Assembly: GCA_030390025.1 (NCBI GenBank)
Contig: CM059432.1
Coordinates: forward strand, 140,990,001 to 141,054,000
Source of the DNA: Squalus acanthias
Lineage: Eukaryota
Direction of reading: 5' to 3'
Length of the DNA: 64,000 bases
Position 1 is the stretch's first letter. Every line of letters begins with the position of its first letter. A program made the translations under genes and the position numbers. Positions 1 to 11,640 of this stretch are shown in pieces. A model generated the notes under the pieces. It worked only from the letters and a program-made list of their open reading frames with translations, was not told the origin of the DNA and made no database searches.

Positions 1-181
1 AAAGACCATCCCTTTTGTTCTTTTATTCCTCCCCCCAGCCTCCCCCTTGCATTTTTATCTGTTTATTTCTTGCTCTCTCAGTTCCGACGAAGGGTTTCGA
101 CCTGAAACGTTAACTCTCTTTCTCTCTCCACGGATGTTGCCTGGCCTGCTGAGTTTTTCCAACGTTTTCTGTTGTTATTTT
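1..181 (+). mobile_element. Penelope-like element 3' end/pLTR fragment (family A) with mutated hammerhead motif
   Basis: Same sequence family as 57040-57236 (gacgaaggg…gacctgaaacgttaactct…cctgctgagt…ttttctgtt). Confidence 0.75.
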
Positions 182-328
182 AGGTATTTCTTGCTCTTGG
201 TTAGCCCATGGGCTGTTGAGGGTAATTGTAATGTTCCTTCTGTCACCCTCGCTCTTCCAGGTTTGGCACGAGTTATAAAATTGAGCTGCACCATGAAGGA
301 TGCCAAGCAGACGCAGAGGCTTTCCGTA

Positions 329-785
329 GGAACAGAGGAACAGGAGAAGGGCATTCAGCCCCTCGAGCCTGTTCCACCATTCAATTAGATCATGGCTGAT
401 CTGTATCTAAACTCCATCTACCCGCCTTGGTTCCATATCCCTCAATAACCTTGCCTAACAAAAATCTAGCAATCTCAATTTTCAATTGACCCCCAGCCTC
501 AACAACATTTTGGGGGAGTGAGTTCCAGATTTCCACTACCCTTTGTGTGAAGAAGTGCTTCCGGATATCACCCCTGAACGGCCTAACTCTAATTTTAAGG
601 TTATGCCCCCTTGTTCTGGACTCCCCCACCAGAGGAAATAGTTTCTCTCTATCAACTCCTTTGATCATCTTAAATGCCTCAATTAGATCACCCCTTAATC
701 TTCTATACTGGAGGGAATACAAGCTTAGTCTATGCAACCTGGCCTCATAATTTAACCCTTTTAACCCCGGTATCATTCTGGTGAA
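329..785 (-). mobile_element. CR1 LINE (HER1-like) 3' fragment
   Basis: ORF 390..776 has the CR1 ORF2 end motifs RRLRGDLIE…RTRGH…FFTQRVV.WNSLP. It resumes briefly at ~1177-1212 after an L2 insertion. Confidence 0.85.
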
Positions 786-1174
786 ATTTTTAAATTCTGA
801 TCCTTGTTTTCAAATCCCTCCATGGCCTTGCCCCTTCCTATCTCTGTAATCTGCTCCAGCCCTACAAACCTCCGAGATCTCTGCGCTCCTCCAATTTTGG
901 CCTCTTGCACATCCCCGATTTCCATCGCTCTATCATTGGCGGCCGTGTCTTCAGCTGCCAAGGCCCTAAGCTCTGGAATTACCTCCCTAAACCTCTCCAC
1001 CTCTCTTTCTTCCTTTAAGACGCTCCTTCAAACCTACCTCTTGGACCAAGCTTTTGATCATCTGTCCTAATATCTCATGTGGCTCGGTGTCAAATTTTGT
1101 TTGATAACGCTCCTGTGAAGCGCCTTGAGATGTTTTACTACATTAAAGGCGCTATATAAATACAAGTTGTTGTT
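786..1174 (+). mobile_element. L2-type LINE 3' fragment nested in CR1
   Basis: FKILILVFKSLHGLA.PYL…LWN.LP-type coding remnant and tail ggcgctatataaatacaagttgttgtt. Confidence 0.8.
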
Positions 1175-1362
1175 TGATCTGCGATGCACCCCCTCCAAGG
1201 CCAATATATCCTACCTGAAGGGAAGGAAAATGCGAGATGACTAACATGTGGTTGATCTTGTCCAATAATACAGCCTCTTCTCAGGCGAGGATTGTGTGCG
1301 ACACGGGGAGACTCCAAAAATAAGAGCAATGAGAAAGAATTTTTGAAAATAACTTACCGATT

Positions 1363-1426
1363 AGCCTTGGCTCGGTGGGTAGCACTCTTGCCACGGAGTC
1401 AGAAGTTGTGGGTTCAAGCCCCACTC
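1363..1426 (+). mobile_element. tRNA-derived SINE head (fragment)
   Basis: A box tggctcggtgg and B box gggttcaagcc, homologous to the head of the 53380 SINE. Confidence 0.65.
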
Positions 1427-1574
1427 TGCAAGTTAAAAACATTCAGATTTTAAAATTTCCAATTAAATATCAATGTTGACTTTCATGTTTCAAAAAAAGC
1501 TAAACATGAACTTCTTTTTGCATTTAAAACCCTGGAAATCATGAGAGTGATGTTCTAATACAAAAGTTATCCTG

Positions 1575-2045
1575 CCTCAGCTCATCTGCTGCTGAAACCC
1601 TCATCCATGCCTTTGTCACCTTCAGACTGGACTATTCCAACGCACTCCTGGCCGGCCTCCCATCCTTCACCTTCAGTAAATGTCAGCTCATCCAAAGCTC
1701 TGCTGCCCTTATCCTATCCCTTGTCTTTGCTGATCTACATTGGCTTCAGTTACCCCAACCTCTCTAATTTAAAACGCAAAAGCTTTTTGTTTAAATCCCT
1801 TCATGGCCTCACTCTCTGTAACCTGCTTCAGCCCTACAAGCCCCAAGCCCCCAGCCCCACTCTGAACTCTTCGTTGCTCCAACTCTGGCCTCCTGTGTAT
1901 GCCTCCCTCCCTTTGGCCCGTCACTGGTGGCTGTGCCTTCAGCCACCTAGACCCCAGCGCTCTAGAATTCCCTCCCTAAGTTAATCCATGTCTTCAACTC
2001 CCTCCTTAAAAGCCATTCCTGGCCAAGCCTTTGGACACCTCTCTT
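1575..2045 (+). mobile_element. L2-type LINE 3' fragment (older)
   Basis: LIHAFVTFRLDYSNALLAGL-like coding remnant, similar to 4110-4745. Confidence 0.75.
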
Positions 2046-2792
2046 TGGATTGGTCATTTTTCTAAGTTAGAGGCACTCTGAGTTATCGTTGGGGATGGTA
2101 TAGATTCATTCTACCTGATGGTACAGTGCAGTTATGTCTCATGTTGCAAAGAAACATGGGAAACCAGCCATCAAGATTGTGTGTACCATCACAAACCCAT
2201 GAATCCTGCATTTTTAAAGATGAATCCAAAATTAAACTGAATTCTAAACACTCTAAGATTGGGGAAGCATTTCCCTGGTTGCTATATGTAACCACATGTT
2301 CTTTATGTAACATTTCTGATGTTGCTACACAAAGCAAGCCAGAACAATTTTTCTCCATATAGTGGGACGGGTGAGGGAAAGAATGAATTAAGGTGGCCTC
2401 TCCCAGGAGATCACATGGTTTCGGGTGGGGTTGACAGTGTGTATGTTGTGATACACAAGGCATCGCAATTGTGTGGGACAGGCTGGATGGACCAGAGGGT
2501 CTTTACCTGGCCATCATTGTTCATATGCTCATAAGAGTGGGAGATAGTGCAGTGAGACTCTATGAAAAGGCAGAGAGGAGCATGTTGGATGGAACATTTG
2601 TCATTTAAAATTTTATAACCGTGAATGATGTTTCAATCTTTTAATAAATCGAAGTTGCAACCTGTACACCAGATTCCGCAGTATATACATTTCAGCTCAT
2701 TTTCACTCTATCTCAAAACCGTCAGCCTGGTTCAGGCAGGATCTTTCTTGGATACAACGACCTAAAAGCTGTGTTCTTTTTGTTGCTCACAG

Positions 2793-2983
2793 CGTGTACA
2801 TACAGGACCCAGGAGTGCCTTCTGACGATTCATTATGAACATGGCTTTTCCATCTTGAAAGAAGCACAAGAAGGAAGCTTGCCAAGGCTGATTTGGCAAT
2901 ATCCCTTCGAGAAATTAAAAAACTCCTCAGATGATGGGGTGAGAATGCTCTATCTAGACTTTGGCAGAAAGGACGGGGAAATT
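2793..2983 (+). CDS. SNTB1: Beta-1-syntrophin, penultimate coding exon (end of PH2 / start of syntrophin-unique domain)
   Basis: Acceptor tcacag at 2787-2792 and donor gtaagt at 2984. The 191 nt translate as (A)CTYRTQECLLTIHYEHGFSILKEAQEGSLPRLIWQYPFEKLKNSSDDGVRMLYLDFGRKDGEI, which matches the recalled syntrophin C-terminus (…PYEKLKMSSDDGIRMLYLDFGGKDGEI). Paralog assigned from adjacency to MTBP. Confidence 0.93.
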
Positions 2984-3569
2984 GTAAGTATCCTTTTTTT
3001 TCCTCAATTGATATTTAAGAATACAGTAAGATCGAAGCAATGAGCGCCAACCCACATCCAGACTTTCTCTCACTGCACACACTACAGCTAACGTTACTCC
3101 CAACAGGACTGGACAGCAGTGGTGAACATCAGTGTGTAGTTACCAAAAACTCTAGGCCATATCCGAAGGTGCTTCAATATAGAGGACCCATGGATTTCAA
3201 CTGAAGTCCCAGGATCATCCCTGTGTTTTCCCAATTGACTTCTATTCCAAAGTGATCTAGTTTTAACTCAAGCTCAAACTGACAAAATACACCCTACTCC
3301 TGCACGGAAAATAAGCCACCACAAATGAAACCAGCGTGACATGACTGACACACTTCACACCACTTGCACAACAAGAGCTTGAGCAGGCATTGGACTGAAG
3401 CACTCCAGATAGAGATGAGATGGATGGACAACCAACTTTGATTTCCAAAGTGCTTTTATGAAATGGGAGTTCAAGACGTGGTGTGACTGCATGCTGCTAT
3501 TTTTTTTTTTGAAAATCGAACTAGGTTATTGGGAACTTAGCAAATTTAATATCAGAGAGGAGGAGGAGG

Positions 3570-3812
3570 AGGAGGATAAGGGCGACAGTCTCCAAACAAG
3601 AGACTTAGGATTTGGAATGCACTGCCTGATAGGGTGGTGGAAGCAGATTCAATAGTAGCCTTCAAAAGGGAATTGGATAAATACTTGGAAAAATAAATTG
3701 CAGGGATATGGGGAAAGAGCAGGGGAGTGGGACTAACTGGACTGCTCTTCAAAAGAGCCGGCGCAGACTCGATGGGCCGAATGGCCTCCTTCTGTGCTGT
3801 ACTATTCTATGA
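3570..3812 (+). mobile_element. CR1 (HER1-like) 3' tail
   Basis: tggaatgcactgcctg…gatgggccgaatggcctccttctgtgctgta…ttctatga. Confidence 0.75.
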
Positions 3813-4109
3813 TAACTACAACCAGGAGCTCCATATTGATATTTGCAGCCTAATAAACGTGTTGGTCTAGAGATTAATCTGCAGCACCGCTCTCACTTAA
3901 GTTCCAGCTATGGTCTGCCCCATGGCTATTGTGTAAGTGGAGCCATGGGGAGGTAATGGTGTAGTGCTTTAGAGTCAGAATAAATTCAAAGCGTACTGCA
4001 TGGATACAAAGTTCTGATATACACTGTTTGTTCCCAGAATGAGGTCAGCTTTTATTATGACTATGCCGTCTTTTTATTTATTTATTCCTTCATTTTCTCC
4101 TCTTCTTTT

Positions 4110-4745
4110 CCAATGCACTCCTGGCCGGACTCCCATCTTCCACCCTCCATAAACTTCAGTTCATCCAAAACTCTGCTGCCCTGTATCCTAACTCGCAGCA
4201 AATTCCGTTCACCCATCACCCCCTGTGCTCGCTGACTTACATTGGCTCACGGTCCGGCAACGCCTCACATTTAAAATTCTCATCCTTGTTTTCAAATCCC
4301 TCCATGGCCTCGCCCCTCCCTATCTCTGTAATCTCCTCCAGCCCCACAACCTTCCAAGATCTCTGCGCTCCTCCAATTCTGGCCTCTTGTGCATCCCCGA
4401 TTTCCTTCGCCCCACCATTGGCGGCCGTGCCGTCAACTGCCTAGGCTCCAAGCTCTGGAATTCCCTCCCTAAACTTTTCCACCTGTCTATCTCTCTCTCC
4501 TTCTTTATCGAAACATAGAAAAATAGGAGCAGGACTAGGCCATTTGGCCCTTCGAGCCTGCTCTGCCATTCACTATGATCATGGCTGATCCTCTATGAAG
4601 CTGCTTAAAACCTACCTCATTGACTAAGCTTTTGTTCACCTGTCCTAATTATCTCATGTGACTCGGTGTCAAATTTTGCCTGATAACACTCCAGCGAAGT
4701 GCCCTGGGACGTTTTACTACATTAAAGGCGCTATATAAATGCAAT
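4110..4745 (+). mobile_element. L2-type LINE 3' fragment containing an ~80-bp antisense CR1 tail (~4510-4591)
   Basis: ORF 4225..4518 LADLHWL.VRQRL.FKILILVFKSLHGLAPPYL; tail ggcgctatataaatgcaa. Confidence 0.8.
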
Positions 4746-4928
4746 GTTGATAACAGCACCAACTCACGTTGAGGTATTCCGCCACGGATACCAACAGTAT
4801 GAATATGGAGTTATCAGCTCTCATTGTATTAAAAGGGTGTATTCCAGGTCGGCACAGGAGATTTTCCAAAGACCCAACAACTCAGCTGATTTTTGCCGGG
4901 TCCGCACCAATACTGTTTTGGTCAGAGG

Positions 4929-5096
4929 CAATGCTCCCCGTGAGCTGCACTTTGTTCTGCAGCTTGTTTCTTTTAATGTGCGGTCCGTTTAAAGTTCTGC
5001 GCATACGCGGTATTCACAATGGAGAAGCCGGTGGTGAGCGGCCTGCGTGGGACCTTTCCCATTACTGCGCGGCCGTGCAGCTTAGAGGGAACATTG
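4929..5096. mobile_element. Non-autonomous hAT-type MITE
   Basis: Imperfect TIRs caatgctccccgtgagctg / cagcttagagggaacattg; 8-bp flanks gtcagagg / atcagggg (6/8); a related inverted copy lies at 16559-16689. Confidence 0.7.
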
Positions 5097-5347
5097 ATCA
5101 GGGGCACAGTTTAATATCAACACCCGATTGAAATGTGATGGTGGAGAGCTGTGCTTCCAGTGGGCTTGCACAGGTCTTATGGACAAAAGAGTGACTATTG
5201 ATACAGTTTAAAAGGTTTCATTTCAAAAAACGAGTAATTTTTCCCTTTGATGTCCAAAAAAAAAATCTTTTTATATCTACCTGTACTGAAGATTGAAAGT
5301 TCTCTTTTAAAACTCACATCTATTCTTTTCTCGTTCTCCCTGTCTAG

Positions 5348-5440
<93 letters not shown>

Positions 5441-6168
5441 GATGGGAACACTTGCACAATGAAGGAACGCTTCTCGGAAAGGGGTCATCGTACAGAACTG
5501 GTGCACAATCAGCCAGGGGAGGGCGGTGGGAGTGTCACTGTATGGAGGGGGATATTTAATCTTCAATAGAATCAGACAAATAGTTTATTTAATAGAATAG
5601 AGAAAAAATTTTGTAACAATCTGAAATGAATTTTAAAGGCACCTCGCTGCTTTTATAACAAGAAGCTTTGCTTTCTTTTCTACGACTGCTGTGAGAAGTC
5701 TAATAACTTTTAGTCATCATCGGTACAGAAAATCATAATATCTTCTCCATCAGATTCAAAAATTAAGAAAAATCACAGCAATACTGTTTGTGTAATGTTA
5801 TGCCCAATTCCTATTTGCCCCGCTGTGTCATATGAAGAAAACCCCCATCATTTCTGTCAGTGAATTTTCCATATAATTTTACAAGACCTCTAGCAAGGCT
5901 GTTGTCAATTAGTTTTTTATAAATATGTACAATGAGAGTTCAGTTTAAATCACATTATATCTATGTAAAAAAATTTTGAAGCTTCCTTTCTTCATTTTAA
6001 AGTTGATCAAAAGGGGAACAGTGGAGTTAGTAATGCTGCAACTCCACTGCTTCTTCCCAATTGCGAATTTCTAACAGTCTTGTATTAGCTGAATCTTGGC
6101 TTGTGGTAATGTGTTCGTTTCACACATGACTAATTTATTTAGAACTCTTCAAACTTTTCACTAATAAC

Positions 6169-6380
6169 AGGCCAATATTTATCCCTCAACCAGCATCACA
6201 AAAAAAACCAGATGATCTGATCATTATCACATTGCAGTTTGTGGGAGCTTGCTGTGCGCAGATTGGCTGCCGCGTTTCCTACATTACAGCAGTGACTGCA
6301 CTTCAAAAAGTACTTCAGTGGCTGTAAAGCGCTTTGGGACATCCGGAGGTCATGAAAGGCGCTATATCAATGCAAGTCCT
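6169..6380 (+). mobile_element. DeuSINE 3' half within the putative SNTB1 3' UTR
   Basis: Aligns by eye to 53592-53800 (ggccaatatttatccctcaa…ggcgctata…atgcaagtc). Confidence 0.8.
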
Positions 6381-6543
6381 TTTAATAATTTGAAACATTA
6401 TCATAAGCCCTGGGTCAGGTGATGCTCCAATCTGTCATGTTTGTTGAGTTCTTTCGAACAAAAGGGCTGGTTAATGAACAAAATAGTTTAACTTAAAAGC
6501 TGTAGCGCCCTGCAAAGAACACTTGTGGTTGGGGGTGGTGTGT

Positions 6544-6671
6544 GTCAATTCTAACTGTTCCCGCTGGGTGGGAAACTGATCGCTCGCCCATTTTATACCC
6601 CCCGCTCAATTTTTTTCCAATTGAATTCAGCCGATCTGCTGCCACCTGGGCAGGAACAGTTAAAAATCGAC
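6544..6671. repeat. ~128-bp foldback/MITE-like element
   Basis: gtcaattctaactgttcccgctgggtgg is an imperfect reverse complement of ccacctgggcaggaacagttaaaaatcgac. Confidence 0.55.
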
Positions 6672-8921
6672 TGCGCATTTAGATAGGCATCCATTTAAAA
6701 TTGCAGGTGTCTGCACCCTTGTCGTTTCAAAAGAAATCTGATGTTTGCGTTTTTTCCCCAGTTGTAAAGGATAGATTCTGATGGTTTGGCACATTCAGGT
6801 GCTATGTTTGTGATAGGAAATGGGCAAGTGTGTTTGTGCAGGAGGGAAGGAACTAAGAGCATCACAACTGGGCAAAGGATGGTGGGCAGGTGGAACTTTG
6901 CCCCTCCATTTTTTTTTTATATCAACTGTACCCTCTTTACAGTGGGTGATGCATAGACTTTCTTCTCTCTTTTTTCACTTGATGTAGTTTTATTTGTGAG
7001 GAGGCTCTGTAGCTCTCCAAACAAATCATATGGTTTTAGAAAAATCCTGCTGTCATCTATTTACTTAGCAATGTTTATACAAAGCATTTTTTTGTCTAAT
7101 GAGACAATTCCTGATGCTTTAAGGACCCAGCGTTTGGCTACTTCTCCCTCCGAGGAGTGATGGAGGATCCTGGGAGCGCATGAAGCCGAGCGGAGGAGTC
7201 GTCACTCTGTGTAGTTAGCAGAGTTGTAGCTTTTCGGGAGGCCATGTCATCAGTAATGCTACCTTTATTTCTTTTAAGCTTTTATATTTAAAAATGAGTA
7301 ATTGCCAACTGATTTGATTTTATTGCACCTAAAAAATAGCTAAAATTTTAAACAAGTGGGGCCATCACTGGCTTTAACAGATCAACTAATCATTTAATGT
7401 TATTGTAAGAGTAAAAGGATTTTTTTTACCCCCCCCCCCCCACACAAAATGTTCAGTAGACTAAATTAGAGTCAAATGGCTTCCGAACAATCATAAGTTC
7501 TAAATGTAAGCCTGAACTTGACAGCATGTGCATTTGATAGCACATGGACTTACAGTTGGGAGTTATTCAGGTGTATGAATTCACTTGGCTAACATTGTTT
7601 AGACTAGGGTTAGTTTCAGCTGTCATAGGTAGAATGAACTTTTAACATTTTAACAAAGGCCAGTCACCTCTTGACAAAAATGTGAAACTTTGTGTGTGTT
7701 GCACACAGGCTTGTGTCCTTGCAAAATAACCGTTCCAGGTTAAACCTTCTACCAACATTATAGATTATAAGGGAGGAGGACAGGTGGGTGGGAAAGAAGA
7801 AAAACATAGTTGAGGTTTGTGCTGAATAGTAGCATCACAATGGTTTGCAGCTCGACTTGGATCTAACTTCCTCCAAAATGTAAGAACTACAGAACAAAAA
7901 GTACCAGCTAAACCATATTTCAGGTGTGTTTACGGGACAAGATTGGAAAATGTTTTTAATAGAATATAATATGGTCGATGTATTAAATATAATTTAATGT
8001 TTCAAATAATTATAACTGCCCATTACTGTATACAGTATATTACTGCTTGAAATTCAGACAAGATATTAAAGCTAGGTGATCTAAAGTACTGTATGTTGTT
8101 ATTGAGCCATCTTAATGTTCGTTCAAAAATGTATTGCCGCTGTAGCAGTGCTATACTTTTGCACCATAATTTAGCAATGCATTTACCTCCTTATACGCCT
8201 ACACTACATTCACGATGATACTCAATTTCCTTAAGTATCTCAAGATCACAAGATAAGCACAGAAGAGCAAAGCCATTCAGCCTCCTTTCTTTCACCCATG
8301 CAACAAGTGGTAAAAAGCAGCTTTAAGCATTGCAGACAACATTTTAAATTGTAACCCTCATTCGAAACAGTGCAACAAGACACATATACAAGAGGAATTA
8401 AATGTCACGAAGAAAGGCTGTTTATTGTATAACCCTTTTCATTCCGAACTAAGTCATATTTAAAAAATGGCCAATGAAACAACAGGTTTCAGTAATTCAA
8501 TGCTCAAACGTGCTGTGAACACTCAGTACATTGGACCACAGAGCTGTATAATTCTGTACTTTAAAATTGTTAACTTACTGTCTTGATAACAAAAAGGTTT
8601 TACTGGATTTTCAAGTATTCAGAGAGCTGGAAATTAAATCTGCATCCAATTTATGTACTGCTTGACAAGGACTTGTGATCTTAAGAAATTCAGGATTAGA
8701 TTGTTAGATTTCAACAATTTACAAGTAACTTTATTAAACAAATTAGCTTAGTAGGAACTTTGACCATATGCAATTACTAAGTCAAGCTCTTGGAGCCCTG
8801 TGTTCATCTGTAGCACAGCAAAAACTAGTACAAGAGACCACTGAAACAGCACTAATTTATTTTGCAACAACTATATAACACTAAAAATTAATGCACTAGT
8901 GCTACATTTAAACACACACAC

Positions 8922-8927
8922 AATAAA
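8922..8927 (+). terminator. Candidate poly(A) signal of SNTB1 (about 3.5-kb 3' UTR)
   Basis: First AATAAA I noticed after the stop, followed by T-rich sequence; a second at ~9082. Usage not verifiable from sequence. Confidence 0.35.
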
Positions 8928-9780
8928 CATGCCTTTTTAATTTTGACCATTCACATAACTCTGTACCTCAAATTATTTCCATCAACATTCTTTCAACTTT
9001 TAACAAGGCTCTTGCAAGCTTGGGTCAGGTTTATTAGTTTACAGCTATGCTGCAGGTTCTATGTTTTAAAAAAAAACTTACAATAAAACACCCACAGCAA
9101 CTATTTCCAGTTATCTGCACCAATGAATCTGGAGGTATAAATATTAGGCTGCAGTGCTCAAAACACTTACGCCCCAGTGTGTATGGATAGCTGGTAAAGA
9201 TTAACATTGCTGACCAGGTGATTTTAAGAGAAAAGGATATATTGCTCATTTATTTTAAAAGCAATATTTTTTTGTTTTAAATACCGAGGTAAGCACAGAA
9301 ACAGGATTTTCGTTTAGCTTTTAATCTGATGATTCAAAGTGAGACTGCAAGTTTTACAGTCAATGCAACTTGTTCAAGGTTAGTAGCACTTTGTGGTTTA
9401 ACGAAACTTGGAAGAATGCATTTGAGATTGGAGTAGGGAGGTAGTCATCTGTTTGAAGGGAAAGGACATGCCATTGTAACCCAATTAAATTAGCATTCTT
9501 CCTGAATCCGTAATTGCCGTTAGGTCAAAATTGGAAAAAACAATTTGCCTTTGCCAGCATAACAGAGGCTACTCTTTCCTGAAACGTTAGTCTGTTACTT
9601 ATTGGCAACCTCTTGGGGTGAAAGTTTGCAGTGATACATTGATAAAAAGGCCATCAAAGTAAGAAATGCTGGCTCTGCAACGACAAAGAGAAATGATTGT
9701 CATCTTTGTTCCATTGCAAAGATTGTGAAGAGCAATCAGTTTTCTGATACTTGCTAGACAGCACTGGCAATATTTTAGGA

Positions 9781-10725
9781 CATGATGTGGAGATGCCGGC
9801 GTTGGACTGGGGTGGACAAAAATGAGAAGTCGCACAACACCAGGTTATAGTCCAACAGATTTATTTAAAATTACAAGCTTTCGGAGCTGTCGCCCCTTCC
9901 TCAGGTAGAGTTACTGTGAGATAATCTACCAGAATTCACAGAATATAAACAGAGACAATGCAGAGATTCAATCTTTCCCTACATCAAAGACACACTAAGA
10001 GCACAGCCAAGACAATGAGATGTGTCCCAGGGGGTCCAACGTGTCAAAACACCTGCTGGCTGCATATCCTCTCCATTTGGGTTTGTTTGTGTTTGTTTTT
10101 TTAAAAAGCTGGAAAGACCGGCAACGATGTCAAGTCACGTTCTGTAGCGTGACATGAACCCAATATCCCGATTGAGGCCGTCCTCATGAGTGCGGAACTT
10201 GGCTATCAGTTTCTGCTCGATGATTTTGCGTTGTCGTGTATCCCGAAGGCCGCCTTGGAGAACGCTAACCCGCAGATCCGAGGCTGAATGCCCTTGACTG
10301 CTGAAGTGTTCCCTGACTGGGAGGCAACCCTCCTGCCTGGCGATTGTTGCGCGGTGTCCATTCATACGTTGTCTCAGTGTCTGCATGGTCTCACCGATGT
10401 ACCATGCTCTGGGGCATCCTTTACTGCAACGTATCAGGTAGACAACGTTGGCCGAGTCACATGAGTATGTACCATGTACCTGGTGGGTAGTGTCCTCACG
10501 TGTGATGACGGTATCTGTGTCCATGATCTGGCATGTCTTGCAGAGGTTGCCGTGGCAGGGTTGTGTGGTGTCGTGGTCGCTGTTCTCCTGAAAGCTGGGT
10601 AATTTGCTGCGAACGATGGTACTTTTGAGGTTAGGCGGCTGCTTGAAGGCGAGTAGTGGAGGCGTGGGGATGGCCTTAGCAAGGTGTTCGTCGTCATCGA
10701 TGACATGTTGAAGGCTGCGAAGAAC
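9781..10725 (-). mobile_element. Penelope-like retroelement (family B), 5'-truncated, with intact GIY-YIG endonuclease coding end
   Basis: ORF 10135..10524 has VYLIRC…AWYIGET…LRQRMNGH…EQKLIAKF…GLN, preceded by a PCHGNLCKTC Zn-knuckle. Candidate TSD atattttagga (9770-9780) / atattgtagga (10726-10736). Confidence 0.88.
9872..9907 (-). ncRNA. Minimal type-I hammerhead ribozyme motif (PLE family B)
   Basis: Minus strand reads tac-CTGAGGA-A-GGGGC-gaca-GCTCC-GAA-AGCT-T-gta: core boxes, stem II, palindromic AGCU stem III, short stem I tac/gta. Confidence 0.7.
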
Positions 10726-11209
10726 ATATTGTAGGAGACAGAATACAAGACAGTGGCCGGGAAGTGAGGGCTAGTGGAGAACAGGAATAAGGCAAACAGA
10801 ATATATCAGTAGAGAAAAGCGTACATAAAGCACTCAAGTAACAGATGAGATGGTGATGTCAGAGGAGATAATTGAGATGCCACCCAGAGAAAATGAATGA
10901 GTCGAGTGTGCAGCATTGTTGTTAACAGCTCGCTTTCTGAGCAGGTATCAGTGTTTCAGCTCACGTGGTGCTTCCCATATTCACAAATTCTTGGGACTGT
11001 AAAAATAAAACTGCCCTACAACACTATACAACTTAAAGTTACACTGAATTATTTCATCCACTAGAAGCAGCACGCATCATAGTGGGTCTGCATCAGCTGG
11101 GTGAGCCACAATGACAAGACCATCAATCCAATTGTGCATCTCATGGTCATGTGCCTAGACAGAGAGATGAAATTTGTACATGATGTCTGTGGAATTACAT
11201 AGAATGCAC

Positions 11210-11640
11210 AACACATTTGACCTAACTGGTCCAGGCCAGTATTTATGCTCCACACAAGCCTCCTCCCACCCTACTTCATCTCACCCTATCAGCATAATCT
11301 TCCATTCCTTTCTCCCTTGTGTACTTATCCAGCTTCCCCTTAAATGCATCTGTGCTATTCGCCTCAACCACTCCTTGTGGAAGCGAGTTCCACATTTTCT
11401 GCACTCTCTGGGTAAAGAATTCCCTATTGGATTTATTAGTGACTATCTTATATTCATGGCCACTGGTTTTGTACTCCCCCCAGTACAGTATATGTGGAAA
11501 CATACTCTCTACGCCTATCCTATCAAACCCTTTCATAATCTTAAAGACTCACCCCTCAGCCTTCTCTTTTCTAGAGAAAAGAGCCCCACCCTGTTCCATG
11601 TTTCCTGATAGTTATAACCTCTCAGTTCTGGAATCATCCT
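11210..11640 (-). mobile_element. CR1 3' fragment
   Basis: ORF 11276..11536 MKGFDR…FFTQRV…WNSLPQGVVEA. Confidence 0.8.
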
